57,914 nucleotides of DNA from an uncultured Gammaproteobacteria bacterium (GCA_964596405.1 CAZQSS010000001.1:23020-80933); one strand, 5' to 3'; positions 44,504 to 54,399 are shown, counted from the first letter of the stretch. Translations and numbers: made by a program. Notes: generated by a model not told the origin, from the letters alone.

Positions 44504-44506
44504 GGT

Positions 44507-45100
44507 TTACTCCTTACTTTTGAGAATGCGGATGATATCGTTGACAGCCAAAAACGGCAACATCAAATGCGTGGCGGGCAAAATAATTTTTTCATCCGCC
44601 TGAGGATGCATGGCATTTTCGGCGCCCCAAACGATGGTGTCGTAAGCGCCGCCAATACAATGAATAGTCAACTTTTTAGACACTCTCCGTTTCAAAAAAT
44701 CCAGAAAGCTGCTTTGAGGCGACATCTGGCGCAATGAGATATAAAGCTTGCCCAGAACAGCGCCGGCAATCTTGGCTAAAGGCGTGCCTTGAAAGGGCGA
44801 ACCGATAGTAACGATTGTATCAACAAAGTCGGCGGCGCCGTATATTTGAACAGCCGCCACCGCCACAAGACCGCCCATACTGTAACCGATTAAGGCAACC
44901 GGCCGACCCGATTCCCGCGCCAGCTCTCGGCACTTTAAGGCTACGGCTCTGGCGTGCGGACGAATATCCTTGATGGGCAAAAACTGCGGCGCGTAAAATT
45001 CCGGCTCAAAACCGGCATCTTGCAGTTTAGAAACCAGATACGGAAACATAATATATGAACCACCCATGCCTTGAATCAACAGCACCCTTTTGCTTCGCAT
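44507..45100 (-). CDS. Alpha/beta hydrolase (lipase/esterase-like)
   Basis: 197 aa counted from the ATG at 45100, which is preceded by GGGGACGAGG. Nucleophile elbow GYSMGG. The longer ORF starts at a TTG. Confidence 0.65.
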   Translation of the reverse strand: MRSKRVLLIQGMGGSYIMFPYLVSKLQDAGFEPEFYAPQFLPIKDIRPHARAVALKCRELARESGRPVALIGYSMGGLVAVAAVQIYGAADFVDTIVTIGSPFQGTPLAKIAGAVLGKLYISLRQMSPQSSFLDFLKRRVSKKLTIHCIGGAYDTIVWGAENAMHPQADEKIILPATHLMLPFLAVNDIIRILKSKE

Positions 45101-45180
45101 CCTCGTCCCCTTTCTCTCAAGTATTTTGCGGATTAATTGTAAAGAACCTGAATTTAATCTATATCTTTTTTGATTTTTTG

Positions 45181-46263
45181 TCAACCTGCTTGGTTAAGCA
45201 TATCTAACAGCTTATCTTTTTCGTCCTGATTGAGAAAAGACGAATTAACTGCGTTGATTTGAAATTGGCGCAAATCACGCCGGGGTTCGGCGGAATCTTT
45301 TAGAACCTCGACCAAAACATCACTCAACGTAAAATTAAAAATCCCCGGATCGTCCGTGTTGATACTGACCAAAGCACCGCGATCAATTAAACTGTTTATA
45401 TTGAGATCGCGATGAGATTTGATAAAACCGCAAGTTGTATTAGACAGCGGACACAACTCCAACCCGATTTTTTTCTCCACCACGGCTTTTAACAAATCTT
45501 CGTGTTGGCTGATAGGAATGGCATGACCCAACCGGTCGGCCCGGAGTTTAAAAATAGCGGTTTTAATATTTTCATAAAGTCGCCCGCCAAATTCACCGGC
45601 ATGCACCGTGCGTTTGAGCGGCGAATTAAAAGTCAGTTCAAAAGCCAACAAGTGGCGCTCGGGCGGATAACTTGCTTCATCACAGGCCAAGTCCAAGGCC
45701 ACGACGCCGTCGGGCGCGCAATCAATGGCCGCTTGAGCGATTTTGACCCCGACATCGGGCTCGGCCTCGCGGCCAATACAGACAATAATTTTTGTCTTGA
45801 CACCAAATTCTTTTTCGCCCAGTTTGAGTCCGCGGCTGACCGCGCGGATAATGGTTTGATAATTTAATTTTTGCCGCAGGTCGGATTGAGCGTGACCATA
45901 GTAGGTCGATTCACCTGTGTGATATTGGGGCGCAAAACGCAACTCGGCGTAAATAATGCCATCTTGGGCCAAATGCTCCACTTCATGAAAAGCTACATAT
46001 TCCAAATTTTCCTCGGTCTGCATCACGCTGGTGACCAAACCAAAGCCTTTTTGAAACAACGCTTTCAAATCCTTTTCGCGCAACCGGCGAAAATAATTTT
46101 TCAACTCTCCGTCCGTTTTTACCGGCAACGGGATATTTCCGCGCTGAGCCAAAAAGAAAATATCTTCTTCAGCCACATCGCCATCAAGGTGACGATGCAA
46201 ATCAATTTTTGGAAATTGCCTGACAGTCTCTAAATTTAAAATGCTTCTTGTTGGATTTTCCAT
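45181..46263 (-). CDS. add: Adenosine deaminase
   Basis: 360 aa with IDLHRHLDG, VHAGE and SINTDDPGIF motifs. Confidence 0.9.
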   Translation of the reverse strand: MENPTRSILNLETVRQFPKIDLHRHLDGDVAEEDIFFLAQRGNIPLPVKTDGELKNYFRRLREKDLKALFQKGFGLVTSVMQTEENLEYVAFHEVEHLAQDGIIYAELRFAPQYHTGESTYYGHAQSDLRQKLNYQTIIRAVSRGLKLGEKEFGVKTKIIVCIGREAEPDVGVKIAQAAIDCAPDGVVALDLACDEASYPPERHLLAFELTFNSPLKRTVHAGEFGGRLYENIKTAIFKLRADRLGHAIPISQHEDLLKAVVEKKIGLELCPLSNTTCGFIKSHRDLNINSLIDRGALVSINTDDPGIFNFTLSDVLVEVLKDSAEPRRDLRQFQINAVNSSFLNQDEKDKLLDMLNQAG

Positions 46264-48095
46264 AAAACACTTGAAATAAAACTGGCATTGTCAAAACCAT
46301 TGGAAGAGACTATAAAAAGCGCGCCTAACCCGTCCACAGCCACTCCTTGCAAATCTCGATAAAGAAGCGGAAAACGCCGGCGTTTCAATTCACGCCCTTC
46401 GGCCGAAAAAATAATAACTTCCCGACGACCGTTATCAGAAACAATCACCTCTCCCCGCTCCCCGACGGCAATATCCTCCGGAGAACGCAAGCCATCTCGC
46501 GGGTCGACAAAAATTTCTAATGGCTGACCGGGTGTATATTTAAAAATAGCGCCGGTGGTATCGTCGGTAATAAGAAAAGTTTTTAAAATCGGATGCCAAA
46601 TAATTCCCTCGGGCGCTTTAAATAGCGGGTGGTCGGGATATTCTTTTTTGGTTTGACCGTCCGGAAAAATTTGAGTAATTGAATTTTCGCTTTCGTCAAT
46701 CACCGTGATTAAATCGTCTTCATCAACAAACAAACCCTCTGGATGGCGAGGAAAATTTTTCATAACCGATAGCGCCACCCAGCCGCCACCGGTTGAATAT
46801 CTAAAAATTTTCCCTTGGGCACTGTCTGAAACATAAACCGTCTTGGAATTAGCGGTTACACTGTCAATGTCGCGTAGTTGATTTTGAGGATCAGGGAGAC
46901 GAGTTAACGCGCCATTTTGTAACACAAAAACACCCGGACCCTTATGGTTGCCCGCCAAAGCCGGCGCGGATTCATTGGCCACAACCACACCCCATTGAGG
47001 ATGATAAAATAAATCATCGGTATGGTATAAACCCGCCCCCAGATCGGCGATTTTTACAAAAACACCGTCATTGGTTCGCCCAACGGAAACAATTAAAAAA
47101 ATAACAAGTAACGCCGCGCCGCCACTCATGGCCAGTATTATTTTTTGTTTCCAACTAAAACGCGGATTAATAATTTGTCCGGATGGCGGTTGTAACAAGT
47201 CGCCCCTAACTGTCATTCCATAGGCGCCTAAAGCAAAAAAGACGGCGGCAAAAAATTCCAAAACCTCTTCCCAAGCGTTAAAAAAGAACTTCGGTTGCCA
47301 GATAATATACCAAAAATCGGAAAATTCATGACCGCGCCAAACTAATTTATCAGTTATGGCTTGAATTCCGGAGAACAACTGATTGTCCAAAGTATCAAAC
47401 AACGTGGCCGCGATAAATAAAAAAATTCCCCAAAGATGCGCGGTCACTAAAAATGATTTTTGAGCGGATGATAAAAATTTGTTTAAAGTCCTGACAATAA
47501 AAAAAATAACAATGAGCCCGATGATACCGTAAAACACAGTGACAAAATCAGTGACATATCCCGGCCAATGAAAAATTTTTTGCAGATTATCGCCGATTCT
47601 TTCATGGAGTAAAAAAAGTTCGTCGGACGCGGCAAAAATTAAACCCAAAGATAAAAGACCAAAGGCGCTTAAAATAATTTTATTGACACGATTTTGACCG
47701 GCCAATTTTAACCATAATAAAGCCGCTAAAAAAAGAGCGGCGGCCGTGGGATAACGGATCCAAGAATACTCTTCAATTAAAGACCAGCGTTGATCGAAAA
47801 TAAAAACAAAAAGAAGCGCTAAAAAAGCGCACCAAGAAAAAATTAAGCCGCGATGCCAAATAATGGCGCGCGGCCGCCACCAACAAATTACAGTTATCAG
47901 CCACGCCAACAAAAGGCTGGCAAATATAATATAAAGACGAACTAGAACCTCATATGAAAGGGCGCGGCCGGCCAAATTCTCAATTGGCAAGATCAGCGCC
48001 GGAACGGCCAGCGCGGCTAAAAAATTCGCAAAAATAAAACAAAAAACCGCCCAAAATACCTTTTTGAAAAATGTTTTATTGGCTTTTAGATTCAT
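46236..48095 (-). CDS. Polytopic membrane protein with C-terminal NHL/SMP-30-like beta-propeller
   Basis: 619 aa with about 9 TM helices. These are followed by repeated blade-like segments (PEGLFVDEDD, PEGIIWHP, PEDIAVGERG, LQGVAVDGLG). Confidence 0.5.
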   Translation of the reverse strand: MNLKANKTFFKKVFWAVFCFIFANFLAALAVPALILPIENLAGRALSYEVLVRLYIIFASLLLAWLITVICWWRPRAIIWHRGLIFSWCAFLALLFVFIFDQRWSLIEEYSWIRYPTAAALFLAALLWLKLAGQNRVNKIILSAFGLLSLGLIFAASDELFLLHERIGDNLQKIFHWPGYVTDFVTVFYGIIGLIVIFFIVRTLNKFLSSAQKSFLVTAHLWGIFLFIAATLFDTLDNQLFSGIQAITDKLVWRGHEFSDFWYIIWQPKFFFNAWEEVLEFFAAVFFALGAYGMTVRGDLLQPPSGQIINPRFSWKQKIILAMSGGAALLVIFLIVSVGRTNDGVFVKIADLGAGLYHTDDLFYHPQWGVVVANESAPALAGNHKGPGVFVLQNGALTRLPDPQNQLRDIDSVTANSKTVYVSDSAQGKIFRYSTGGGWVALSVMKNFPRHPEGLFVDEDDLITVIDESENSITQIFPDGQTKKEYPDHPLFKAPEGIIWHPILKTFLITDDTTGAIFKYTPGQPLEIFVDPRDGLRSPEDIAVGERGEVIVSDNGRREVIIFSAEGRELKRRRFPLLYRDLQGVAVDGLGALFIVSSNGFDNASFISSVLWKIQQEAF

Positions 48096-48116
48096 GTTTT
48101 GAGATGGTTCTTTTAT

Positions 48117-48154
48117 ATTCTACCAAAAAATCGCCTTTTAGGCGATTTTTTGAA
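48117..48154 (-). terminator. Repeated cassette: terminator hairpin followed by an extended -10 (TGGTAGAAT), copy 1
   Basis: The minus strand reads TTCAAAAAATCGCCTAAAAGGCGATTTTTTGGTAGAAT, near-identical to the copy at 50870-50906. Confidence 0.65.
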
Positions 48155-48161
48155 ACTTCTA

Positions 48162-49397
48162 TTAATCTTTTTTAGCGGCGCTTTCACCGGCCAGCCGGCC
48201 AACGCTCCAGCAGGCCTGGAGGTTAAATCCGCCGGTTGGACCGTCTAAATCCAAAACTTCGCCGGCCAAAAATAAATTACTGATAATTTTAGACCGCATG
48301 GCGCGGGGATCAACCTCTTTCAAATCCACACCGCCGGTGGTCACCATGGCTTTATCAAAACCGTCTACTTTTTGAATGTCCAAATCAAAAGTCTTAAACA
48401 GTTTTAATACTGCCTGGCGTTCGGTTTTCACAATCTGATTAACTCTTGTCTCCGGCGCGATTTTAACTAATTTTAACAAAACAGGAATCAGCTTGGGTGG
48501 TAAAAATCCCGTGAGCGCGTTTTTGATTTGGCTGTTGCTGTTGGCGGAAAAAATATTCCGCAATCTTAAATCCAAATTTGATACATTTTCGTTGGGAAAA
48601 AAGTCTATTGTTAATTTTACATTGGGCAAAGACCGTGCCACCAAGCCGCTTGCCGCTAAAATTGCCGGACCACTCAAGCCGTCGGCGGTAAAAACCGCCT
48701 CGCCTGTTCGGCTGTCTATTGTCCGTTCGTCTTTTTGCCAGCTAAACTTGACGCCAACCAAACTTACGCCTTCCAAATCTTTGATAAATTTATTTTTGAC
48801 AATAATCGGCGCCAAGGCCGGTCGGGGCTCAACAACCTTGTGCCCCAAGGCCGCTAACCAATTGTAGCCCTCACCGGTTGAACCGGTGGCGGGATAGGAT
48901 TTGCCGCCGGTCGCAATCAGATAATTTTTCGCGAAAAATTCCCGGCCGTCGGCTAAAACAACTTTTTTTATCAAATTGTCTTCTTTAACAATTTTTTTGA
49001 CCGCGGCGCCGGTAATAACTTCCACTTGAGACTGACGGATATAATCAAGCAATACCGCCAAAATATCCCGAGCCTTGTCGCTGACCGGAAAAGCGCGGTT
49101 ATTATCTTCAATTTTAATTTTTACGCCCCGCTGGGTAAAAAAATCAATGGCCGAGGCAGAATCAAAACGCGACAGAGCGGAAAATAAAAATTTACCCTGC
49201 GATCCAAAAGCTTTTACCATCTCGCGGACGCTGATATTGTTGGTCAGGTTACAGCGTTCTTTACCGGTCAAAAGCAGTTTTACGCCCACGCGTTCATTTT
49301 TTTCCAAAAGCAGTACCCGCGCGCCGCATTCACCGGCCCGTCCGGCGGCCATTAGTCCGGCCGCGCCGCCGCCGATAACAATCAAATCGTAACTCAT
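48162..49397 (-). CDS. HI0933/BaiN-family FAD-dependent oxidoreductase
   Basis: 411 aa with the dinucleotide fold DLIVIGGGAAGLMAAG, and GGKSYPATGSTGEGY and FLAGEVLDLDGPTGGFNLQ motifs. Confidence 0.85.
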   Translation of the reverse strand: MSYDLIVIGGGAAGLMAAGRAGECGARVLLLEKNERVGVKLLLTGKERCNLTNNISVREMVKAFGSQGKFLFSALSRFDSASAIDFFTQRGVKIKIEDNNRAFPVSDKARDILAVLLDYIRQSQVEVITGAAVKKIVKEDNLIKKVVLADGREFFAKNYLIATGGKSYPATGSTGEGYNWLAALGHKVVEPRPALAPIIVKNKFIKDLEGVSLVGVKFSWQKDERTIDSRTGEAVFTADGLSGPAILAASGLVARSLPNVKLTIDFFPNENVSNLDLRLRNIFSANSNSQIKNALTGFLPPKLIPVLLKLVKIAPETRVNQIVKTERQAVLKLFKTFDLDIQKVDGFDKAMVTTGGVDLKEVDPRAMRSKIISNLFLAGEVLDLDGPTGGFNLQACWSVGRLAGESAAKKD

Positions 49398-49401
49398 AGA
49401 A

Positions 49402-50871
49402 TTAAAGACTGCCTAAATCAAGATACTCATCAAATTTAATTTCTTTAACAAAATCCGGCATATGGCTGACCAAAATAATCGCGCCCTGATAATTATTAAT
49501 CGCCCGGGCAATAACCGGCAGATGGCGAAAATTGATATGATTGGTCGGCTCATCTAAAATCAAAAGCCCCGGCCGCATTAAAACCAGCCGAGCAAAAGAC
49601 AATAATCCTTTTTGACCTTCGGACAAATGTGAAATTTTGTGATCCATCAGTTCGCCGGTAATAAAAAAACTGGCGGCCACCGAGCGCATTTGCTGGGTGT
49701 CCACCCGATCGGCTAAAATACTTTTCAAGGAATCAAAAACCAGGCTGTCAAAATCTAAAGTGGCAAAATCCTGACTGTAATACCCGACTGTCACGCCGTC
49801 CATAATCACCGCGCCTTCATTTTTATTGTTGACCAAAGACCGCAAGAGCGTGCTCTTACCCAAACCATTGGGGCCGGAGACCAGCAGACGGGACTTTTGC
49901 CGCATAATCAAATTTACTTTTTTAACAACCGGCTTGTGGTCTTTAATAATCTTAACTGATTTTATAGTCACAATGTTCCCCACCACTTCCTGATTCGGAA
50001 TCGTAAATTCCCGGATGGTTTTATCTTCTCTTCTGACCGCCACTTTATTTTCTTCCAAATCTTCGGTTTCTTCTTTCAGTTTGGAAGCCAGTTTTCTCAT
50101 TTTACCGCCTTTATTGGCAAAAAAATTCACTTTTTCTTTACGATCTTTAATCTGTTTTTCCAGCTGGGCGTTTTTCATTTGTTCCCGTTCAATCCGATTT
50201 TTTATTTCCTCAACCACCGAATAATAATCCCCCACGTATGTTTCTATTTTATTGGTAAAAGTATCCAAATACAGCACGCCTTCGGTAAAAGAATTAAGAA
50301 AATCCGCGTCATGCGAAATAACAATAACGGTTTTATCGTACATGACTAAAAATTCAATCAGATGATCAATACCCGCTTGATCCAAATTGTTGGTGGGCTC
50401 GTCTAAAAGCAAAATGTCGGGATTTTGAACCAAAGCAAAAGCCAAAAGAAGCCGGGCTTGCTGTCCGCCCGAAAGTTCCCCCACCAGCCGGTCAAACGGC
50501 GCTTCAAAATTCACCGCCGCCATAGCCTTGCTGATTTTACTTTTTAAATTGGGCGGGGCGATTTCAAAAGCCTTGGCAAAATATTGCTCTACCGTCAAAT
50601 CCAAATCGGCCCGCGCCACCATTTGAAGCGCCGTGCCAATAGTGGCCCCGGTGGCCACCGTCACTTGGCCGCTTTTAGGCTGAATTTCTTTTCGAATAAG
50701 ATTAAACAAGGTGCTTTTGCCCGCGCCGTTTTGCCCCATTAAAGTAATTTTGGCGCCGCGGCGAACGTTAAAACTAACCTCGTTCAAAACGGGTTTGTCA
50801 TGATGGTATTCAAAAGAAACTTCGTTAAATTTTAAGATACCTTCTTCGGCCATATAAGTATTGTTTATCAT
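49402..50871 (-). CDS. ABC-F family ATPase (two ABC domains, no TM domain)
   Basis: 489 aa with Walker A motifs GQNGAGKST and GPNGLGKST and signatures LSGGQQ and LSEGQK. An alternative ATG at 50853 applies if TAGAAT is the -10. Confidence 0.9.
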   Translation of the reverse strand: MINNTYMAEEGILKFNEVSFEYHHDKPVLNEVSFNVRRGAKITLMGQNGAGKSTLFNLIRKEIQPKSGQVTVATGATIGTALQMVARADLDLTVEQYFAKAFEIAPPNLKSKISKAMAAVNFEAPFDRLVGELSGGQQARLLLAFALVQNPDILLLDEPTNNLDQAGIDHLIEFLVMYDKTVIVISHDADFLNSFTEGVLYLDTFTNKIETYVGDYYSVVEEIKNRIEREQMKNAQLEKQIKDRKEKVNFFANKGGKMRKLASKLKEETEDLEENKVAVRREDKTIREFTIPNQEVVGNIVTIKSVKIIKDHKPVVKKVNLIMRQKSRLLVSGPNGLGKSTLLRSLVNNKNEGAVIMDGVTVGYYSQDFATLDFDSLVFDSLKSILADRVDTQQMRSVAASFFITGELMDHKISHLSEGQKGLLSFARLVLMRPGLLILDEPTNHINFRHLPVIARAINNYQGAIILVSHMPDFVKEIKFDEYLDLGSL

Positions 50872-50906
50872 TCTACCAAAAAATCGCTTTTTGGGCGATT
50901 TTTGAA
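50870..50906 (-). terminator. Repeated terminator-plus-extended--10 cassette, copy 2
   Basis: The minus strand reads TTCAAAAATCGCCCAAAAAGCGATTTTTTGGTAGAAT. Confidence 0.65.
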
Positions 50907-50911
50907 TTTCT

Positions 50912-50941
50912 CATTCTCACATTCTTGAGAATGTGAGAATG
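50912..50941. repeat. 14-2-14 palindrome of the CATTCTCACA family
   Basis: CATTCTCACATTCT-TG-AGAATGTGAGAATG. Confidence 0.75.
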
Positions 50942-50946
50942 TTATT

Positions 50947-52230
50947 TTAGCGAATCGCGAAATTGCGGTGAGGATGACCGAAGGGTTGCTTGCCATGAGG
51001 CCGGCCAGGCCGGCCGCCCGGCGGACGCCCACCTTGAGCGCGGCCGCCATAAGAGCGGGCGCCCGGGCGAAACGGTCTGGCAGCGGCCGCGGCGCGGCGC
51101 GGCGGCAAAACCGGCAAGGCAGTCACCGTGATAGTTTTTTTAATCAGTCTTTCAATTTGTTTAATAGACGCTCTTTCTTCCGGCCCGGCAAAAGAAACCG
51201 CTTTGCCGGCGCTACCCGCGCGGCCGGTGCGGCCGATGCGGTGCACATAATCATCCGGCGTGGACGGCAAATCATAATTGATAACTAAAGCGATGTTATC
51301 CACATCAATGCCGCGGGCGGCAATATCGGTCGCCACCAGCACGCGGAATTTGCCGGTTTTAAATCCGGCCATGGCCGCCGTTCTTTGGGCCAGCGACCGG
51401 TTGGAATGAATTTCCACGGCGGAGTGCCCCATATCCCTCACAAACTCGGCAATTTTTTTACAGCCGCGCTTGGTGCGGGAAAAAATTAAAACCGTGCCGG
51501 CGTTGTCGGCCAACAATTTTTCTAAAAGTTGCACGCGCACGTCTCTAGACGCGATAAATATCTCCTGCTCCACATGGGCGACCGTCGTGCCGGCTGGCGC
51601 CACTTCAATGCGCCACGGCATTTTCATAAAACGCGCGGCCATCTCGGCAATTGCCGGCGGCATGGTGGCCGAAAACATCAAAGTCTGCCTCTCTTTGGGG
51701 GCAAAACTCAAAATCTGTCTGATCTGCGGCGCGAAACCGATATCAAACATTCTGTCGGCTTCATCCAGCACAATCATTTTCACTCTTTCCAAAGAAACAT
51801 TTTTTTGTTGCAGATGATCAATCAAGCGCCCCGGAGTAGAAACTAAAATATGCGGCCGGCGGCGAACAGCCTGAATCTGGGCGTGTGAAGAAGCGCCGCC
51901 AATCAGCACGGCGGTACGCAGACCAAATTTTCGGCCGACGCTGTGAAGAACTTCATCTACCTGCAAAGCCAGTTCGCGGGTCGGCAACAAAATCAGCCCT
52001 TGACCCTTGTTCTGGCCCAGTAATTGAATCATGGGAACGCCAAAAGCCAGGGTCTTGCCCGTGCCGGTCTGGGCAATCCCTACAATATCTTTGCCCTCCA
52101 GCGCCGCCGGAATACACTGGTGCTGAATGGGTGTGGGCGTGGTGAACCGCAGGTGGTTTAAAACCCCAAGCAATTCAGGAGCAATGCCCAATTCATTAAA
52201 GCTGGGCACCGCTTGATTCGATGGTGTCAT
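50947..52230 (-). CDS. DEAD-box ATP-dependent RNA helicase with Arg/Gly/Pro-rich tail
   Basis: AQTGTGKT, DEAD, SAT and HRIGRTGRAG motifs. I chose the ATG at 52230; the ORF extends to a GTG at 52263. Confidence 0.93.
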   Translation of the reverse strand: MTPSNQAVPSFNELGIAPELLGVLNHLRFTTPTPIQHQCIPAALEGKDIVGIAQTGTGKTLAFGVPMIQLLGQNKGQGLILLPTRELALQVDEVLHSVGRKFGLRTAVLIGGASSHAQIQAVRRRPHILVSTPGRLIDHLQQKNVSLERVKMIVLDEADRMFDIGFAPQIRQILSFAPKERQTLMFSATMPPAIAEMAARFMKMPWRIEVAPAGTTVAHVEQEIFIASRDVRVQLLEKLLADNAGTVLIFSRTKRGCKKIAEFVRDMGHSAVEIHSNRSLAQRTAAMAGFKTGKFRVLVATDIAARGIDVDNIALVINYDLPSTPDDYVHRIGRTGRAGSAGKAVSFAGPEERASIKQIERLIKKTITVTALPVLPPRRAAAAARPFRPGARSYGGRAQGGRPPGGRPGRPHGKQPFGHPHRNFAIR

Positions 52231-52329
52231 ATAAAATATGTAACCCGAGTTTCTATGGGCCACATTGATGACACAAAAGATTCGAGTCGTTGGCCGCTTA
52301 ATTGAGCCAAAGTTTACTTAGAATTGATA

Positions 52330-52358
52330 AGTATAACACAAAATCCCGTTTTTGTCAA
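52330..52358 (-). promoter_or_regulatory. Sigma70-like promoter of the DEAD-box helicase gene with a long leader
   Basis: The minus strand reads TTGACA (52358-52353), a 17-nt spacer, then TATACT (52335-52330), about 95 nt before the ATG. Confidence 0.55.
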
Positions 52359-52378
52359 TAGGCGAAGGTTGGAAAAAG

Positions 52379-54088
52379 TCAGTTGAGCGTCATTCGGGCT
52401 ATTCGCAGATCATCGTACGAGTACGCGCCGCCAAATTTTTCAAAGACAAGCGAGAGTCGGTCGGTCTTAAGTTCGCGAAAAGCGGCCTGAATATCCGGGA
52501 GATGACGGGTCAGCGCGGGTGTAAGCAGACGCGCCAGCTCTTCGCGATTGATTTTCCCTTTGAACAAAAGCTCTTCAATATGATTTAAAACAGTTTGTTC
52601 TTTAAGTCCGCGCTCTTTGGCAATCTGTGAGATGTTATTGCCCTTGTTCCAGAGTGCCAGGGTCTCGTCGCGGGTATTTATCCCCTTTCTCTTATTTACG
52701 CGCGCAGACGATTTTTCCACGCCAGATGGTTTTGGCCGGCCACCGCAGGCCGTCAGAAAATTTTTCTGCATTTTTTCCAGTTCAACCGGCAAAATTTTGG
52801 CAAAAGCCGTTTCCGCCTCGCTTGAGGACAAGCGGAAAACTTCATCTTCGCCCAAGACTTCCGGATGCACCCGAAACGCGCGTTCATTCCAGCCCAGAAG
52901 ATACAAGCCCGAAAGCCGCCGCACCCGTGACAGCGCGACATACCCCTGCCCAAATTCAAAAACATCGCTTAAGTCCATCACGGCTTCGTCTAAACTTACC
53001 CCCTGGCTTTTGTGGACGGTAATCGCCCAAGCCAGACGAAGCGGCAGTTGCGTAATCCGCGCGCGAATCATTCCATTTTCTTCCACCGTCCAATCCATCG
53101 GCTCCACTTCGATCCGCTGTCCGCTTCGCGTCTTGACGATTGGGTAGCCGCTTTTTTGGTCAAATTCCAAAACCGTGCCGAGTGTGCCATTGACAAAACC
53201 TTCTTTGGAATTATTTTTTGTAAACATCACGGCGGCGCCGACTTTAAGACAAAGCTCTTCCGGCGACAAACAACCTTTCTTCAACACCTCGGCCATCTTA
53301 TCGCGGCCATGCGAAGACATCATAAACACTCGCGCTTGACCCGCCAGTTCAGCCAACGTTTCGTCATTGACGCGATCAACATCCACATTGTGCGAGAAAA
53401 GTTTTGGCGCGCGCTTGGGCGCGGCTTGGGGTTCAATTTTTCTGGTTTTAAGATGACTTAAATGGTCATCGCCAAAAACATCGCGCCGAATGGCCGAAAG
53501 CACAGAAAGCAAATCAACGTCATCCTGCCGATGTTGCTCGGTCAGATAACACGTCATCGGGTTGACCCGCGCCCAGGCGGAAGAATCAAAAGCAAAACGA
53601 GGCGGTTTTATCTCTAGTCTGGTTTGCGCGCCCTCGGTCGCTTCGGCTCTAACCACGGGTGGCAACTGAAAAAAATCCCCGACAAAAATAACTTGCAATC
53701 CGCCGAACGGCTCCGGACTGCGTTTTATTTCGCTGCAGACGGCATCAACCATGGCAATCGTTTCGGGCGGCAACATTGACACTTCGTCTATAATAATAAT
53801 TTTGGCGCGATGAACGCGCTCGGCAATGTATTTGTTTGACGAAATTTCATCAAGCTGATATTTATCCAATTGTCTTTTGATACCGATACCGCTCCACGAA
53901 TGAATGGTGGTGCCGCCGATGTGCGTCGCCGCGATGCCGGTGGAAGCCGTGATGGCCGGCTCAACACCGCGCTCGCGCAAATATGCCACGTATTGGTTGA
54001 TCGTGTGCGTTTTGCCGGAGCCGGGTTCGCCGGTCAAAAATACATTCACGCCGGTTTTCAAAATTGTAAGAGCTTGAGATTGTTTCAT
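52379..54088 (-). CDS. Pif1/RecD-like SF1 DNA helicase with C-terminal HTH region
   Basis: 569 aa with Walker A GEPGSGKTH and Walker B IIIDEVSM, plus QLPPV and TVHKSQG motifs. The C-terminus contains NISQIAKERGLKEQTVLNHIEEL. Confidence 0.85.
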   Translation of the reverse strand: MKQSQALTILKTGVNVFLTGEPGSGKTHTINQYVAYLRERGVEPAITASTGIAATHIGGTTIHSWSGIGIKRQLDKYQLDEISSNKYIAERVHRAKIIIIDEVSMLPPETIAMVDAVCSEIKRSPEPFGGLQVIFVGDFFQLPPVVRAEATEGAQTRLEIKPPRFAFDSSAWARVNPMTCYLTEQHRQDDVDLLSVLSAIRRDVFGDDHLSHLKTRKIEPQAAPKRAPKLFSHNVDVDRVNDETLAELAGQARVFMMSSHGRDKMAEVLKKGCLSPEELCLKVGAAVMFTKNNSKEGFVNGTLGTVLEFDQKSGYPIVKTRSGQRIEVEPMDWTVEENGMIRARITQLPLRLAWAITVHKSQGVSLDEAVMDLSDVFEFGQGYVALSRVRRLSGLYLLGWNERAFRVHPEVLGEDEVFRLSSSEAETAFAKILPVELEKMQKNFLTACGGRPKPSGVEKSSARVNKRKGINTRDETLALWNKGNNISQIAKERGLKEQTVLNHIEELLFKGKINREELARLLTPALTRHLPDIQAAFRELKTDRLSLVFEKFGGAYSYDDLRIARMTLN

Positions 54089-54095
54089 TTGAGAA

Positions 54096-54341
54096 CTATG
54101 CGGATTTAATTAATTTTATTTTATCGCCCCGCGATAATTTTTTTATCCGGCTTTCGGCTTTGGAGGCTAAAGACCGATTGCGGAACTTTTTAGAATACAC
54201 AAGTTTGGCCGGCCGCCGGCCACGCGTGTACTTGGCGCCGAGTTTAGAACTGTTATGTTCCCCCACTCGACGTTTCAGATCAATCGTGATACCCGCGTAG
54301 AGCGTGTGGTCGGCGCATTTGAGGATATAGAGATAATACAT
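54096..54341 (-). CDS. GIY-YIG nuclease family protein (small, YhbQ-like)
   Basis: 81 aa with YYLYILKCADHTLYAGIT..RRVGEHN. Confidence 0.85.
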   Translation of the reverse strand: MYYLYILKCADHTLYAGITIDLKRRVGEHNSSKLGAKYTRGRRPAKLVYSKKFRNRSLASKAESRIKKLSRGDKIKLIKSA

Positions 54342-54399
54342 GTATCTATTATATCAAAAACTGCCTTTCGGCAGCTTTTGGTTTTATTACAATATTATT

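Noticed and set aside
29641-50941. Recurring 30-nt palindromes considered as a possible CRISPR array.
   Set aside because: The copies are kilobases apart in separate intergenic regions, there are no regularly spaced unique spacers, and no cas genes are present.
50968-51288. ORFs overlapping the 3-prime end of the DEAD-box helicase gene (50968-51288 on +, 50868-51050 on -).
   Set aside because: They are artefacts of the GC- and Arg/Gly-rich helicase tail region. They have no independent signals.
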